DNA of 64,000 nucleotides, from the NCBI GenBank assembly GCA_016934745.1, contig JAFGSF010000036.1, forward strand, positions 31,722-95,721, in the 5' to 3' direction. A model generated the notes under the pieces. That model was not told the DNA's origin and made no database searches. It was given only the letters and a program-made list of their open reading frames with translations. Of the stretch, positions 27,201-34,459 are shown piece by piece; position 1 is the stretch's first letter, and the number at the start of each line of letters is the position of its first letter. A program made the translations under genes and the position numbers. Source of the stretch: Candidatus Aminicenantes bacterium. Its GTDB lineage: Bacteria; Acidobacteriota; Aminicenantia; UBA2199.

Positions 27201-27885
27201 CCTGGCCGCAGACGGTATTTTTCAGCAATGGATACAGCTACACCATATCTCACCCTATGATGTGCTGGTCACCATCGCCACGGTTCGTTCCGTCTTTCCC
27301 CATGTGCGTTTGTTTTTTGGGGGCAGCCAGGGAGTCATTGTCGCCTCGCAGGAACCGTTGCAAATTCCCTTTCAGAAACTGCTTGGAATGAATCGTGGGC
27401 GGCCATCTACCTTCATTGCGAATATTTCTCCATTCCAAAATGTCTTTTGCCTGCTGGGCGAGGAACTGCTTGGCGAGCAGGGGATCAACCGGTTTTTGGC
27501 TTCCTATTTAAAAAAGTTCGGCAGTGAATTGACGGAATTGACCTCCAATGACAACAACATGTTTCTTGAATATTCCACGCCGCAAGGCAATGTGCGCAAT
27601 TATCTGGAAACGCTGCGGGGAAATGTGATGACGCTGCTGCCGTTCCATGAACAGGAAAACGATGTTGTGACCGCCATCCCGTCTGCAGGCTGGAGATTTT
27701 ATGTTTCGGGGTGCGTCAAACTGGGGCAAAAACAATTTCAAGCCGCACGGGAGGATTTTCAGAAAGCCAAAAATCTCCTGGAACCGGGAGCGCATGACGC
27801 CATCGACCGGCTGCTTGCCGAAATGAAAAAATCCGACTATCAAAAAGAAAGCCTTTCAGCCAATCATTTCAAACATGATGAATGA
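24250..27885 (+). CDS. fusion: PAP2_C-type lipid phosphotransferase-like domain + polytopic (MFS-like) module + spermidine-synthase-like domain
   Basis: N-terminal part has 'CFPSLHTSWGLLV' and 'LRFHYVIDLIAAVPY' (PAP2/sphingomyelin-synthase-type H and HxxxD motifs). The middle 'ILSGLSALIYQVYFMKKISLIFGSTALAVTTVLAAFMFGLAAGSYIGG' is typical of fused MFS/spermidine-synthase proteins. The C-terminal part has 'ALVIGLGTGVSGRVV...EVAEISPGIV...DLITMEISSVW'. ATG 24250 lies after SD agaggtg. Confidence 0.7.
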   Translation: MTRLRLAERITMFLSILSLALWLLNIKTPDGAAVLFLTILGALACLLAIIVVVKNGLLSFTAWRWLLPLIVIGSTFIIYSVNANPSEVFFNLNLVLILAAGIFLLLFFVFVKSRRNQFRKESWTFFREFWIYLAFAPISMIWLKVVVLFTPQTIDEALKKIDTLIFSHYPDAWIKSLDISGLPLLWLSLFYFLLPFYPIALSGLFYIKKEFIWLRKVTQSFLLCGMIGWLFYLIFPAIGPLFLDIKVAGYFHPAIFRNCFPSLHTSWGLLVLIYAWKYRKKIFWILLLPVSQMILATVFLRFHYVIDLIAAVPYTFFIYWLNEKLMARELSGKLLPGDETRKKSKPEILVYAVFILSGLSALIYQVYFMKKISLIFGSTALAVTTVLAAFMFGLAAGSYIGGRIADRVKSPIRIYAYAELLVGMLLLVSPLLFKGMENLYVSIGKNAHLTPWSLTFIRILFSLPVILLPTLAMGTTLPLLTKYLTTVKNKIIGNVSRLYSANIIGAAMGTFLATYVLMPNFGMMATIAVAILINLVIALVVLRLGKHFPVLNVAGHDPLVPEAPEPSWHSLSARVMNTVLLVSALGLGLVSFAGEVVWTHLLAMIVGNSVYAFGVMLIAVLVGLAMGGYLAGRLVLNQLRKLQLVAALQFLIACFFLLQLLFWDKIPVYMQHLWITATRFPEREFVRFAISFTLLILPTLAVGLTFPLLVSLYATNLKTLGTRIGRISFVNTSGNILGTLVMGFLLLPRIGSFRASILIAMAAAANGLLLLSAWPGKRKAVLALSLLMFFIAAVAWLPGWNLTNLSLGTNVYFTRQHHGTVIDSWEEKDGGFTTITEERIPGQRKKKITLWTNGKFQGDNLPEMEAQFRFALYPIIFSRKYDRALVIGLGTGVSGRVVQEAGFKDIEVAEISPGIVAAAREYFSRENGFLLDQKNVRLRIEDGRNLLLLNRKPFDLITMEISSVWFAGAAALYSVEFYELAKKNLAADGIFQQWIQLHHISPYDVLVTIATVRSVFPHVRLFFGGSQGVIVASQEPLQIPFQKLLGMNRGRPSTFIANISPFQNVFCLLGEELLGEQGINRFLASYLKKFGSELTELTSNDNNMFLEYSTPQGNVRNYLETLRGNVMTLLPFHEQENDVVTAIPSAGWRFYVSGCVKLGQKQFQAAREDFQKAKNLLEPGAHDAIDRLLAEMKKSDYQKESLSANHFKHDE

Positions 27886-27891
27886 CGGCAT

Positions 27892-27920
27892 TTGAAATGC
27901 GGCTGAATTGACCATATAAT
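27892..27920 (+). promoter_or_regulatory. candidate sigma70 promoter giving a leaderless mRNA
   Basis: TTGAAA (27892-27897), 17-nt spacer, TATAAT (27915-27920). ATG 27927 begins 7 nt after the -10 hexamer, and there is no SD in between. Confidence 0.4.
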
Positions 27921-27926
27921 CGACCC

Positions 27927-29396
27927 ATGAAAACATCGCGGTTCACGTGGCGGGAAATTTTCGGTCATCATTCTTTTTATATCTATCTTTTTTCGATTTA
28001 CCCGATCCTCTTTCTTTATCGTCAGAACATCAAGGAAGTTGCTTTCGGGGAAATTCTGGCCCCCATGATCGTGGCCATCGCCTTCACCACGGCTCTATGG
28101 TTCTGTTTCGGTTTTATTTACAAAAACAAGGGCAAGCGGGCCCTGGCCATTTTGGCGATTCTCGTACTGATGTTCTATTACAAGTTAATCAGTGAGATGC
28201 TGGCGGGGGCCATCAGCCGTCTGGGCAAGCCATGGACCGGCCTGCCGCCTGCCGTCCTTGTTCCCGTTTTTTTGTTTTTCTTTTTGTTCTGGCTCCGCAA
28301 GTCCAAACGTGTCTTCCTGCATAGCGGCAAGATCCTGAATGCCATCATGCTGCTGCTGCTGGCCTGGAATATCGGCGGCATGCTCATTTATCATGTCGGC
28401 AACGTGGACGTGAAGAATGCCCGGTCCTACCTGAAAAAAACAGAACTTCAAAAAATATCCCCGGCATCTTCAAAACCGGACATATATTGTTTCATTCTCG
28501 ATGAGTTTGCCAGCCTGGAAACGATCCGGGATGTATTTCACTATGATCATTCGCGTTTTGCGGAGCGAATGCAAAATGCCGGGTTTTTTATTGCCCGGCA
28601 AAGCCGCGGTTTATACATCTGGACGCCGGAGGCGATCGCCGCCCTGCTGAACATGGAAAAAGTCCCGGAAAAAGCGGATTCCAGCGTGCTGATTAAACAA
28701 AACAAAGTGGCCCGTTTTTTTCGAGAACAAGGCTATCGGATCTTTGATTTCCCCTATAAAGGCCTTACGGCCATGGCTGATTCGGAAAAACATTTCGTTT
28801 ACGCCCCGGAAAGCGCCTCGATTTTTTTCAATGATTTTTACAAGACACTGATTGACATGTCCGTTTTTCATGCCTGGGCCGAAAAATGGCAAAACGATGA
28901 AGACAAATATTCGCGGTTTTTCCGCGAGCGGATTCTCTATGTGTTTGAACAAATGCCTGCCGTTGTGAAGATGGCCGGACCGAAATTTGTCCTGGTCCAC
29001 TTGTTCAGCCCCCATGCGCCCTTTGTTTTTGACCGGCATGGCGGCATGGTGGCTCCGGAGCATGGCACCGACTTTTCCGATCGCAAGTACTACCTGGAGC
29101 AGTACCTTTACATCAGCCGCCGCGTTGCTGAAACAATGGAAATGATCCTGAAAGAGTCGGCCGCTCCGCCGGTCATCGTGGCCCTGTCCGATCATGGTTA
29201 CCGCGGGTCCTTTCGCAAACCTCTTTTGCATGTCGTTTCCACTGCCGAAAAAAAGAAAATTTTCATGAGTTTATACTTGCCGGGATATGACTACGGGAAC
29301 CTTGATGACAAGCTGTCGCCGTTAAACGTGTTTCGCATTATTTTAAATCATTATTTCGGGCAAAAGCTGCCAGAAGTTTCACCCACGGGAAAATGA
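27927..29396 (+). CDS. membrane-anchored sulfatase/alkaline-phosphatase-superfamily enzyme (LTA-synthase / phosphoethanolamine-transferase-like)
   Basis: About five N-terminal TM helices, then 'KPDIYCFILDEFASLE', 'VHLFSPHAPFVFD' and 'VALSDHGYRG', consistent with the sulfatase-fold metal and nucleophile regions. Confidence 0.65.
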   Translation: MKTSRFTWREIFGHHSFYIYLFSIYPILFLYRQNIKEVAFGEILAPMIVAIAFTTALWFCFGFIYKNKGKRALAILAILVLMFYYKLISEMLAGAISRLGKPWTGLPPAVLVPVFLFFFLFWLRKSKRVFLHSGKILNAIMLLLLAWNIGGMLIYHVGNVDVKNARSYLKKTELQKISPASSKPDIYCFILDEFASLETIRDVFHYDHSRFAERMQNAGFFIARQSRGLYIWTPEAIAALLNMEKVPEKADSSVLIKQNKVARFFREQGYRIFDFPYKGLTAMADSEKHFVYAPESASIFFNDFYKTLIDMSVFHAWAEKWQNDEDKYSRFFRERILYVFEQMPAVVKMAGPKFVLVHLFSPHAPFVFDRHGGMVAPEHGTDFSDRKYYLEQYLYISRRVAETMEMILKESAAPPVIVALSDHGYRGSFRKPLLHVVSTAEKKKIFMSLYLPGYDYGNLDDKLSPLNVFRIILNHYFGQKLPEVSPTGK

Positions 29397-30091
29397 TCGT
29401 CAACCTGGAGGATTTTGAATTTGCCGCGTTGCAAAAAGCCGACAATTACCGGGCCGCGCTGCTTGCCGAGTTCGAGCCCTTCCTGGTTGGGCATGTGCTT
29501 GAGGTCGGGGCCGGCATCGGTCAACTCAGTGAAACCCTTTCGCAGAAAAAGGAGATCACCCATTTCACTTCCGTCGAACCCGACGCGCGTTTCGCCAACC
29601 GGCTGCGTAGCAAGTTTCCACAGCTCGAACTCATTCAGGGGACGATTGACGACGTGCCGGCTGCTTGGACGATTGACGCCATTCTGAGCGTCAATGTACT
29701 CGAGCATATCGAAGCGGACGCGCGCGAACTTTCCAGCTATTGCCAGCGGCTGGCAGAACGACGGGGGGTGCTTTGCCTTTTTGTACCGGCCCGGCCCGAG
29801 ATATTTGCGCCCATCGACCGCGATTTCGGCCATTTCCGCCGCTACACCCGGACCGAGCTGGGGAACAAGCTGTCCGCATCGGGTTTCGTCGTCCGCCGCT
29901 TGGTGTATTTCAACCTGCTCGGCTATTTCGCCTGGTGGTGGAATTTTCACTTGTTGAAAAAGCGCAGTTTTGCTGCCAAACAGGTGCATTTTTTTGATCG
30001 CTGCATATTCCCCCTTCAGCACCGCTTCGAAGCGCGTATCCTCCGTCCGCCCATCGGCATGAGCCTTCTCGCCGTAGCAGCCGCTTTGTAA
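29393..30091 (+). CDS. class I SAM-dependent methyltransferase
   Basis: 'VLEVGAGIGQLSETL' motif I and 'VNVLEHIEADARELSSYCQRLAERRGVLCLFVP'. ATGA overlap with the upstream stop. Confidence 0.75.
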   Translation: MIVNLEDFEFAALQKADNYRAALLAEFEPFLVGHVLEVGAGIGQLSETLSQKKEITHFTSVEPDARFANRLRSKFPQLELIQGTIDDVPAAWTIDAILSVNVLEHIEADARELSSYCQRLAERRGVLCLFVPARPEIFAPIDRDFGHFRRYTRTELGNKLSASGFVVRRLVYFNLLGYFAWWWNFHLLKKRSFAAKQVHFFDRCIFPLQHRFEARILRPPIGMSLLAVAAAL

Positions 30092-30241
30092 CCCGGCCGT
30101 GGCGAATCATGGACTACTTGTCCATGTAGCCGCGCCTAACGTTTAATTTCCAACATGGCAAAGTGCATTCAGCTCAATTTTTTTTGATGATTTTAGCTGT
30201 CGGCAATTGAAATTTCCATGCCTTTGCATTAAATTGTCCAA

Positions 30242-31780
30242 ATGAAAAAAATAACCTGGCCGAATGTTTTTTCGTCCTGGTGGATGCCCCTGGTTTTCAT
30301 CGGTATTGCCTTGCTCTATTTCAGCTTTCTTCCTGTCAACTACAGTTTTGACGGTACAGTCTTCAGCCATTTTCTGCGTTACGCACTGGTCCGGCATGAC
30401 TGGCTGGCCGTTACCCAGATACACCACCTGCTTTACTTTCCAGCCAATTACTTGCTTTACCGTGTCCTGGAAGCCGTGCTTCATTACCGTGTCCTAGAAT
30501 TCTTCCATTTGCAGCTTTTTTCCATGTTTTTTGGCGTCCTGACCCTGGTGCTGGTGGAACGAATGCTGGGAAAAATAAACCTGACGCCGGTTTTGCGCCT
30601 GGTCGGTGTGGCCTCCGTAGCTTTTTCGTATTCATTCTGGTTGTATGCACTGGATGCCGAGGTCCACATGGCGGGAGTTTTTTTTGCGGTTTTCGGTTTA
30701 TATCTGCTCATTTTTCGGCGGACCGGAGCCGGCACGATGGTTTGGGCAGCCCTGTGTTTCGCACTGGCCGCCGGATTCCATTTGGCTAACATCCTGATTA
30801 CCGCAACCGTGTTTTTATTTTTGCTGGAAAAACGTCAGCCCTGGCGTCGTTACGCGCAATTTTTTCTGGCCTATCTTTCCTTTCTGCTGATGCTTTATGG
30901 AGTATATGCCGCCATTTCCCTCAAGCCCATTCACCGTATCCTCTACAATGTTTTTTTTGGCCCCGATATCTATTCGGGATATCGGACCACTTATTTTAAA
31001 CCATTGACATGGTCAACGGTGGTTTCATCGCTGGCAGCCTTGAAACGCGCACTGCTGGCAAATACGGGAACCTGGTCGGTATCGCTGGTTGCCGGGGTTC
31101 TATTTTTATTGGCTATGGCCTGCAAAAGGTCGGCTGCGGAAATCACCAAGACATTCAAACGGACCATGCTGTTTTGGTTCATTCCATTTTTCCTTTTTTA
31201 CACATTCTTTGATTCGGGAAATATTGAATTCAAAATCCATGCCCTTGTGCCTTTGCTCTTGATCGCCGTTACTTCTCTGGGCAGGCTGAAACCCGTTGCG
31301 GCAAACACCTTTGGCTTTTTTTTGGCCGGGGGTCTTTTAATCAGCAATTTGTTTTTCGGCATCATGCCATTGGCCGATCTCAGCAGAAACACCAACTATC
31401 AGGTCGCCCTGGCCATCCAGAAGGCGACACCGGTGCAAGCGCAAATTCTGATGACCGGCAATTTCCTGGGCTACGGATATGGAAAAATTTATCTGCCTTA
31501 TTTTGCCATGCGCAACGTGTTGATTTTAGATTGGCTGTTGGGCCGGGGCCAATCTCTCTCCGAGATTCACGACCGGCTCCAAAAAAGCGCCGCTTCCGGG
31601 CAGTCACTTTACGCTTTGGGCGAAATCGCCGAAAAAAGCGAGTCCATTAAAAACCTGCTTGACTTTCATCGTGTCAGCGAAAACGACTGCTCCCGTTTCT
31701 ATTCCGGGATGCGCTTTATCCTTGCCGCCGAACTTCCCGGCGGTTATCGCTTGTACCGCATGGAATTCGCATCGCCCTAG
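30242..31780 (+). CDS. polytopic membrane protein, GT-C-like candidate
   Basis: 512 aa, ~12 TM, with a soluble C-terminal ~110 aa. No firm motif beyond an acidic first loop ('VNYSFDGTVFSHF'). Confidence 0.45.
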   Translation: MKKITWPNVFSSWWMPLVFIGIALLYFSFLPVNYSFDGTVFSHFLRYALVRHDWLAVTQIHHLLYFPANYLLYRVLEAVLHYRVLEFFHLQLFSMFFGVLTLVLVERMLGKINLTPVLRLVGVASVAFSYSFWLYALDAEVHMAGVFFAVFGLYLLIFRRTGAGTMVWAALCFALAAGFHLANILITATVFLFLLEKRQPWRRYAQFFLAYLSFLLMLYGVYAAISLKPIHRILYNVFFGPDIYSGYRTTYFKPLTWSTVVSSLAALKRALLANTGTWSVSLVAGVLFLLAMACKRSAAEITKTFKRTMLFWFIPFFLFYTFFDSGNIEFKIHALVPLLLIAVTSLGRLKPVAANTFGFFLAGGLLISNLFFGIMPLADLSRNTNYQVALAIQKATPVQAQILMTGNFLGYGYGKIYLPYFAMRNVLILDWLLGRGQSLSEIHDRLQKSAASGQSLYALGEIAEKSESIKNLLDFHRVSENDCSRFYSGMRFILAAELPGGYRLYRMEFASP

Positions 31781-33615
31781 GAATCGCTGATTTTATAGAG
31801 GCGGGTTGAGCCACTGCGGAATATCGGCCGCAGCGGCCGCAGGAAATAAATCAAGGTTTCTTGTTCAGCATCGCTTATTGTCGCATAATGCTTCTGCAAG
31901 CGTTGCAGTTCACTCATATTAACCAGCAGATAGCTGAAGCCGGCTTTTTTTATCGCGGCCGTAAATTCTCTACTGGTCCGGCTCTCCTTCAGGTACTTTT
32001 TTAGAATGCAATAGTCCATGGCCGATGAAACCTGGTACGGCCTTTTCAGATAATAATTACGGGCTTCTCCAGCTACCAGGATTCCGGCCCGTGGCGGAGC
32101 GTTCGCATTGATGTATGCGAATACGGGGTAGGTTGGGAAAAAGTGCTCGATGTACTGCCGGCCGGAAAATTTCCCGCTCAGCATATAATGGCCGAGATAA
32201 AATTTTTCCAACAGGGCAAAACCCATGACGAAATTCACGGTGATGAGCAGATAAAAAATCGTTTTCAGGATCCTGCCGCCAGCGGCCTCATATCCCTGCA
32301 GGGAAAAAACCGCCAGCATGATAAAAGCCGCGTAAGCAAAACGGATACTGCCGGTAAAGAACGGGGCGATGGCCAAAAGCAGCAAGGCCCAAAGCAGCCA
32401 TTTTTTTTGACTGAAAGGCCGCAGTAGCAAGAGCGGTAGAAAGATCAGAAAAAAAGGACCGACCAATCCGCCGTAGCCGTAGGCGAAAAAAGACAAATTA
32501 TAGGGCAGCTTGACAAAATCGGCCGGCGTATGAACGATTCGTCCGACCTCGGCCTGCAGCCGGGACTGCCTCTCGCTGTCCCATTGGGCGGCTGGAAACA
32601 CCTTTTGCAAAAACGGGAAAAAGGGATTGCCGCTGTAGTGGAAATTTTTCAGCAACAAGGGGGAGACAACCAGAAAGATGATCATGGCCATGAGTGCAAT
32701 TTTTTTCAGATCGGCTTTTTTCCATGGCTTGATGACCAGGAGCAGGAAGAGCGCCAAGGGCAGCAGGTTGAAATACTTGATGCCTGCGGCAAATCCCCAG
32801 AAAAGGGCTGACAATTTGAGGTTTTGCCGTCGGTAATGAACAATGGCCAAAAAAATAAAAATGGCGCCGGAAAGATCGTTTTTGCAGGTAACCAGGAGAA
32901 ACAGCGTCATGGGCAGTGATGCGATGAGCAAAAGCAGGTTCAGACGCCCCTGAATGCCCCAGTTTTCGACAGCTTCGTCGGCAACGGTCAAGATAAAAAG
33001 TGCGCCCAGTAAAAAATGAAAAAGACGCGGCACTCCCGTGCCGATGAATACCGCGGGAATCAATGAAATTTCATAGTAAATGAAGGTGTTGGCAAAAACA
33101 AATTGCGGCGTGGCGATGAAGCCGCCGCTTTGCAGGTACAAATTGGGAATGCCCAAATGATAAACCAGCGAATCGTAAAATGAGGGCGGCAGCGCGGCGT
33201 AAAACAGGGGGAAAATAAAAAGCGCGAATTCCGCCAGGGGCCTGGAAAAAAAACGTTTCAGCCCGGCCAGGTTTTCGCCGCGCCAGTTTTCATTCAGCAG
33301 CATGAAGGGGAGAGGCAAAATTGCCGCCGCGAAGAATATGCCGATGGTGAACGGATTGATGATTTTAAAAAAGGCCAGCAGGTAAAAGTACGCCGTGGTC
33401 GCCATCAATCCCAAGGCTGCAGCTTCGAGGATTCCGGTGGCCTTGATTCTGGTTTTCCAGGCGACAAAAAAACCGATGCTGATGATGGCTCCAAGAAAAA
33501 AAACAGCTCCCAGCAGGGGAGAAAACAGCCATGGGCCGTAACTGAACAAGAGCAGGTTGATCGTAAAAATCATTGCGGCTGCCAGCAGAAGGATGCGGAT
33601 GATTCGTTTGTTCAT
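31777..33615 (-). CDS. polytopic membrane protein, GT-C (ArnT/PMT_2-like) candidate
   Basis: ~612 aa from ATG 33615 ('MNKRIIRILLLAAAMIF'). The ORF-track start 33747 would overlap the divergent gene. First loop 'PPSFYDSLVYHLGIPNLYL' has a DxxxYH-type motif. C-terminal soluble domain. Confidence 0.5.
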   Translation of the reverse strand: MNKRIIRILLLAAAMIFTINLLLFSYGPWLFSPLLGAVFFLGAIISIGFFVAWKTRIKATGILEAAALGLMATTAYFYLLAFFKIINPFTIGIFFAAAILPLPFMLLNENWRGENLAGLKRFFSRPLAEFALFIFPLFYAALPPSFYDSLVYHLGIPNLYLQSGGFIATPQFVFANTFIYYEISLIPAVFIGTGVPRLFHFLLGALFILTVADEAVENWGIQGRLNLLLLIASLPMTLFLLVTCKNDLSGAIFIFLAIVHYRRQNLKLSALFWGFAAGIKYFNLLPLALFLLLVIKPWKKADLKKIALMAMIIFLVVSPLLLKNFHYSGNPFFPFLQKVFPAAQWDSERQSRLQAEVGRIVHTPADFVKLPYNLSFFAYGYGGLVGPFFLIFLPLLLLRPFSQKKWLLWALLLLAIAPFFTGSIRFAYAAFIMLAVFSLQGYEAAGGRILKTIFYLLITVNFVMGFALLEKFYLGHYMLSGKFSGRQYIEHFFPTYPVFAYINANAPPRAGILVAGEARNYYLKRPYQVSSAMDYCILKKYLKESRTSREFTAAIKKAGFSYLLVNMSELQRLQKHYATISDAEQETLIYFLRPLRPIFRSGSTRLYKISDS

Positions 33616-33652
33616 CACCCGGAGTATAGCATTTTCTGAAAACGAAAACCAT

Positions 33653-33681
33653 TTGACATTTTTAGGGATTTCACGTATATT
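33653..33681 (+). promoter_or_regulatory. candidate sigma70 promoter
   Basis: TTGACA (33653-33658), exact 17-nt spacer, TATATT (33676-33681). Then AGGAGA (33688-33693) and ATG 33699. Confidence 0.5.
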
Positions 33682-33698
33682 TTTTTCAGGAGAAGCCC

Positions 33699-34451
33699 AT
33701 GAGAAGATTGATTTTGTTGCTGATTTTGTCGGCCGTTTTATCTTCATTTTCAGCTGCCCAATCGACGCCTCAGCCCGTATCCATTTCGGTCGATCCCGGA
33801 CTGGAATTGTCCTTTAATTCCATCCGCGCGCTGGTCGGTCCGGAGAAAACAGCAAACACCCTTAATTTTCTGGCGACCCGCTTGGCCCTGAAAATGGATA
33901 TCATCGAATATCTCTCGGTGGAGGTTTTAGCCGGTTTCCATTACGCCTATGCCAGCGACCCGCTTGATTTTACCAGCATGCCGCTTTCGCTACGCTGGGA
34001 CCGTGAAAAATTTTCCGGACTGCTGCTTGGCTTGGCGGCCAGTTCCGAACCGCTGACCATGGACTATTTTTCATTGAAAGTCCGGGGGGAGTTCACCTGG
34101 GCCATGGAAAAAGAAAAAACCTGGGAAATTGAGCTGCCCTCAGTCAGCGGCGAGGCCACCGGTGATAATGCCTTCAGCCTGCTGACCCTGGATGTGACCG
34201 TTCAATACGACGGCTTCACGGGAGTGACCATTTTTGCCGGTCCGCGTTTAAATTTGCTGAACGGGACATTCACCGCCGCTGAATCCATCATCGATCTGCA
34301 AGGTCAACAGGAATTTTCTTATCGTCAAAAGAACTTTTTTGCCGTGCTGGCTGGCGCCGTGATCGAAATGGGCGGCAACTGGGAATTGAACGTCAAGGCC
34401 AGCCTGCTGGGACGGACTGAATTGTCCCTGGCTGTTTTTTACATTTTTTGA
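33699..34451 (+). CDS. putative outer-membrane beta-barrel protein
   Basis: Signal peptide 'MRRLILLLILSAVLSSFSAAQS', alternating hydrophobic strands, and a C-terminal '...LSLAVFYIF' ending in Phe. Confidence 0.5.
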   Translation: MRRLILLLILSAVLSSFSAAQSTPQPVSISVDPGLELSFNSIRALVGPEKTANTLNFLATRLALKMDIIEYLSVEVLAGFHYAYASDPLDFTSMPLSLRWDREKFSGLLLGLAASSEPLTMDYFSLKVRGEFTWAMEKEKTWEIELPSVSGEATGDNAFSLLTLDVTVQYDGFTGVTIFAGPRLNLLNGTFTAAESIIDLQGQQEFSYRQKNFFAVLAGAVIEMGGNWELNVKASLLGRTELSLAVFYIF

Positions 34452-34459
34452 GGTGAGCC

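Noticed and set aside
30457-30495. A 12-nt perfect direct repeat 'ttaccgtgtcct' spaced 27 nt apart (encoding YRVLE twice).
   Set aside because: Only the first 12-15 nt of each 27-nt unit match. It lies in frame within a membrane-protein gene and is most simply a small old duplication or chance. It has no array structure.
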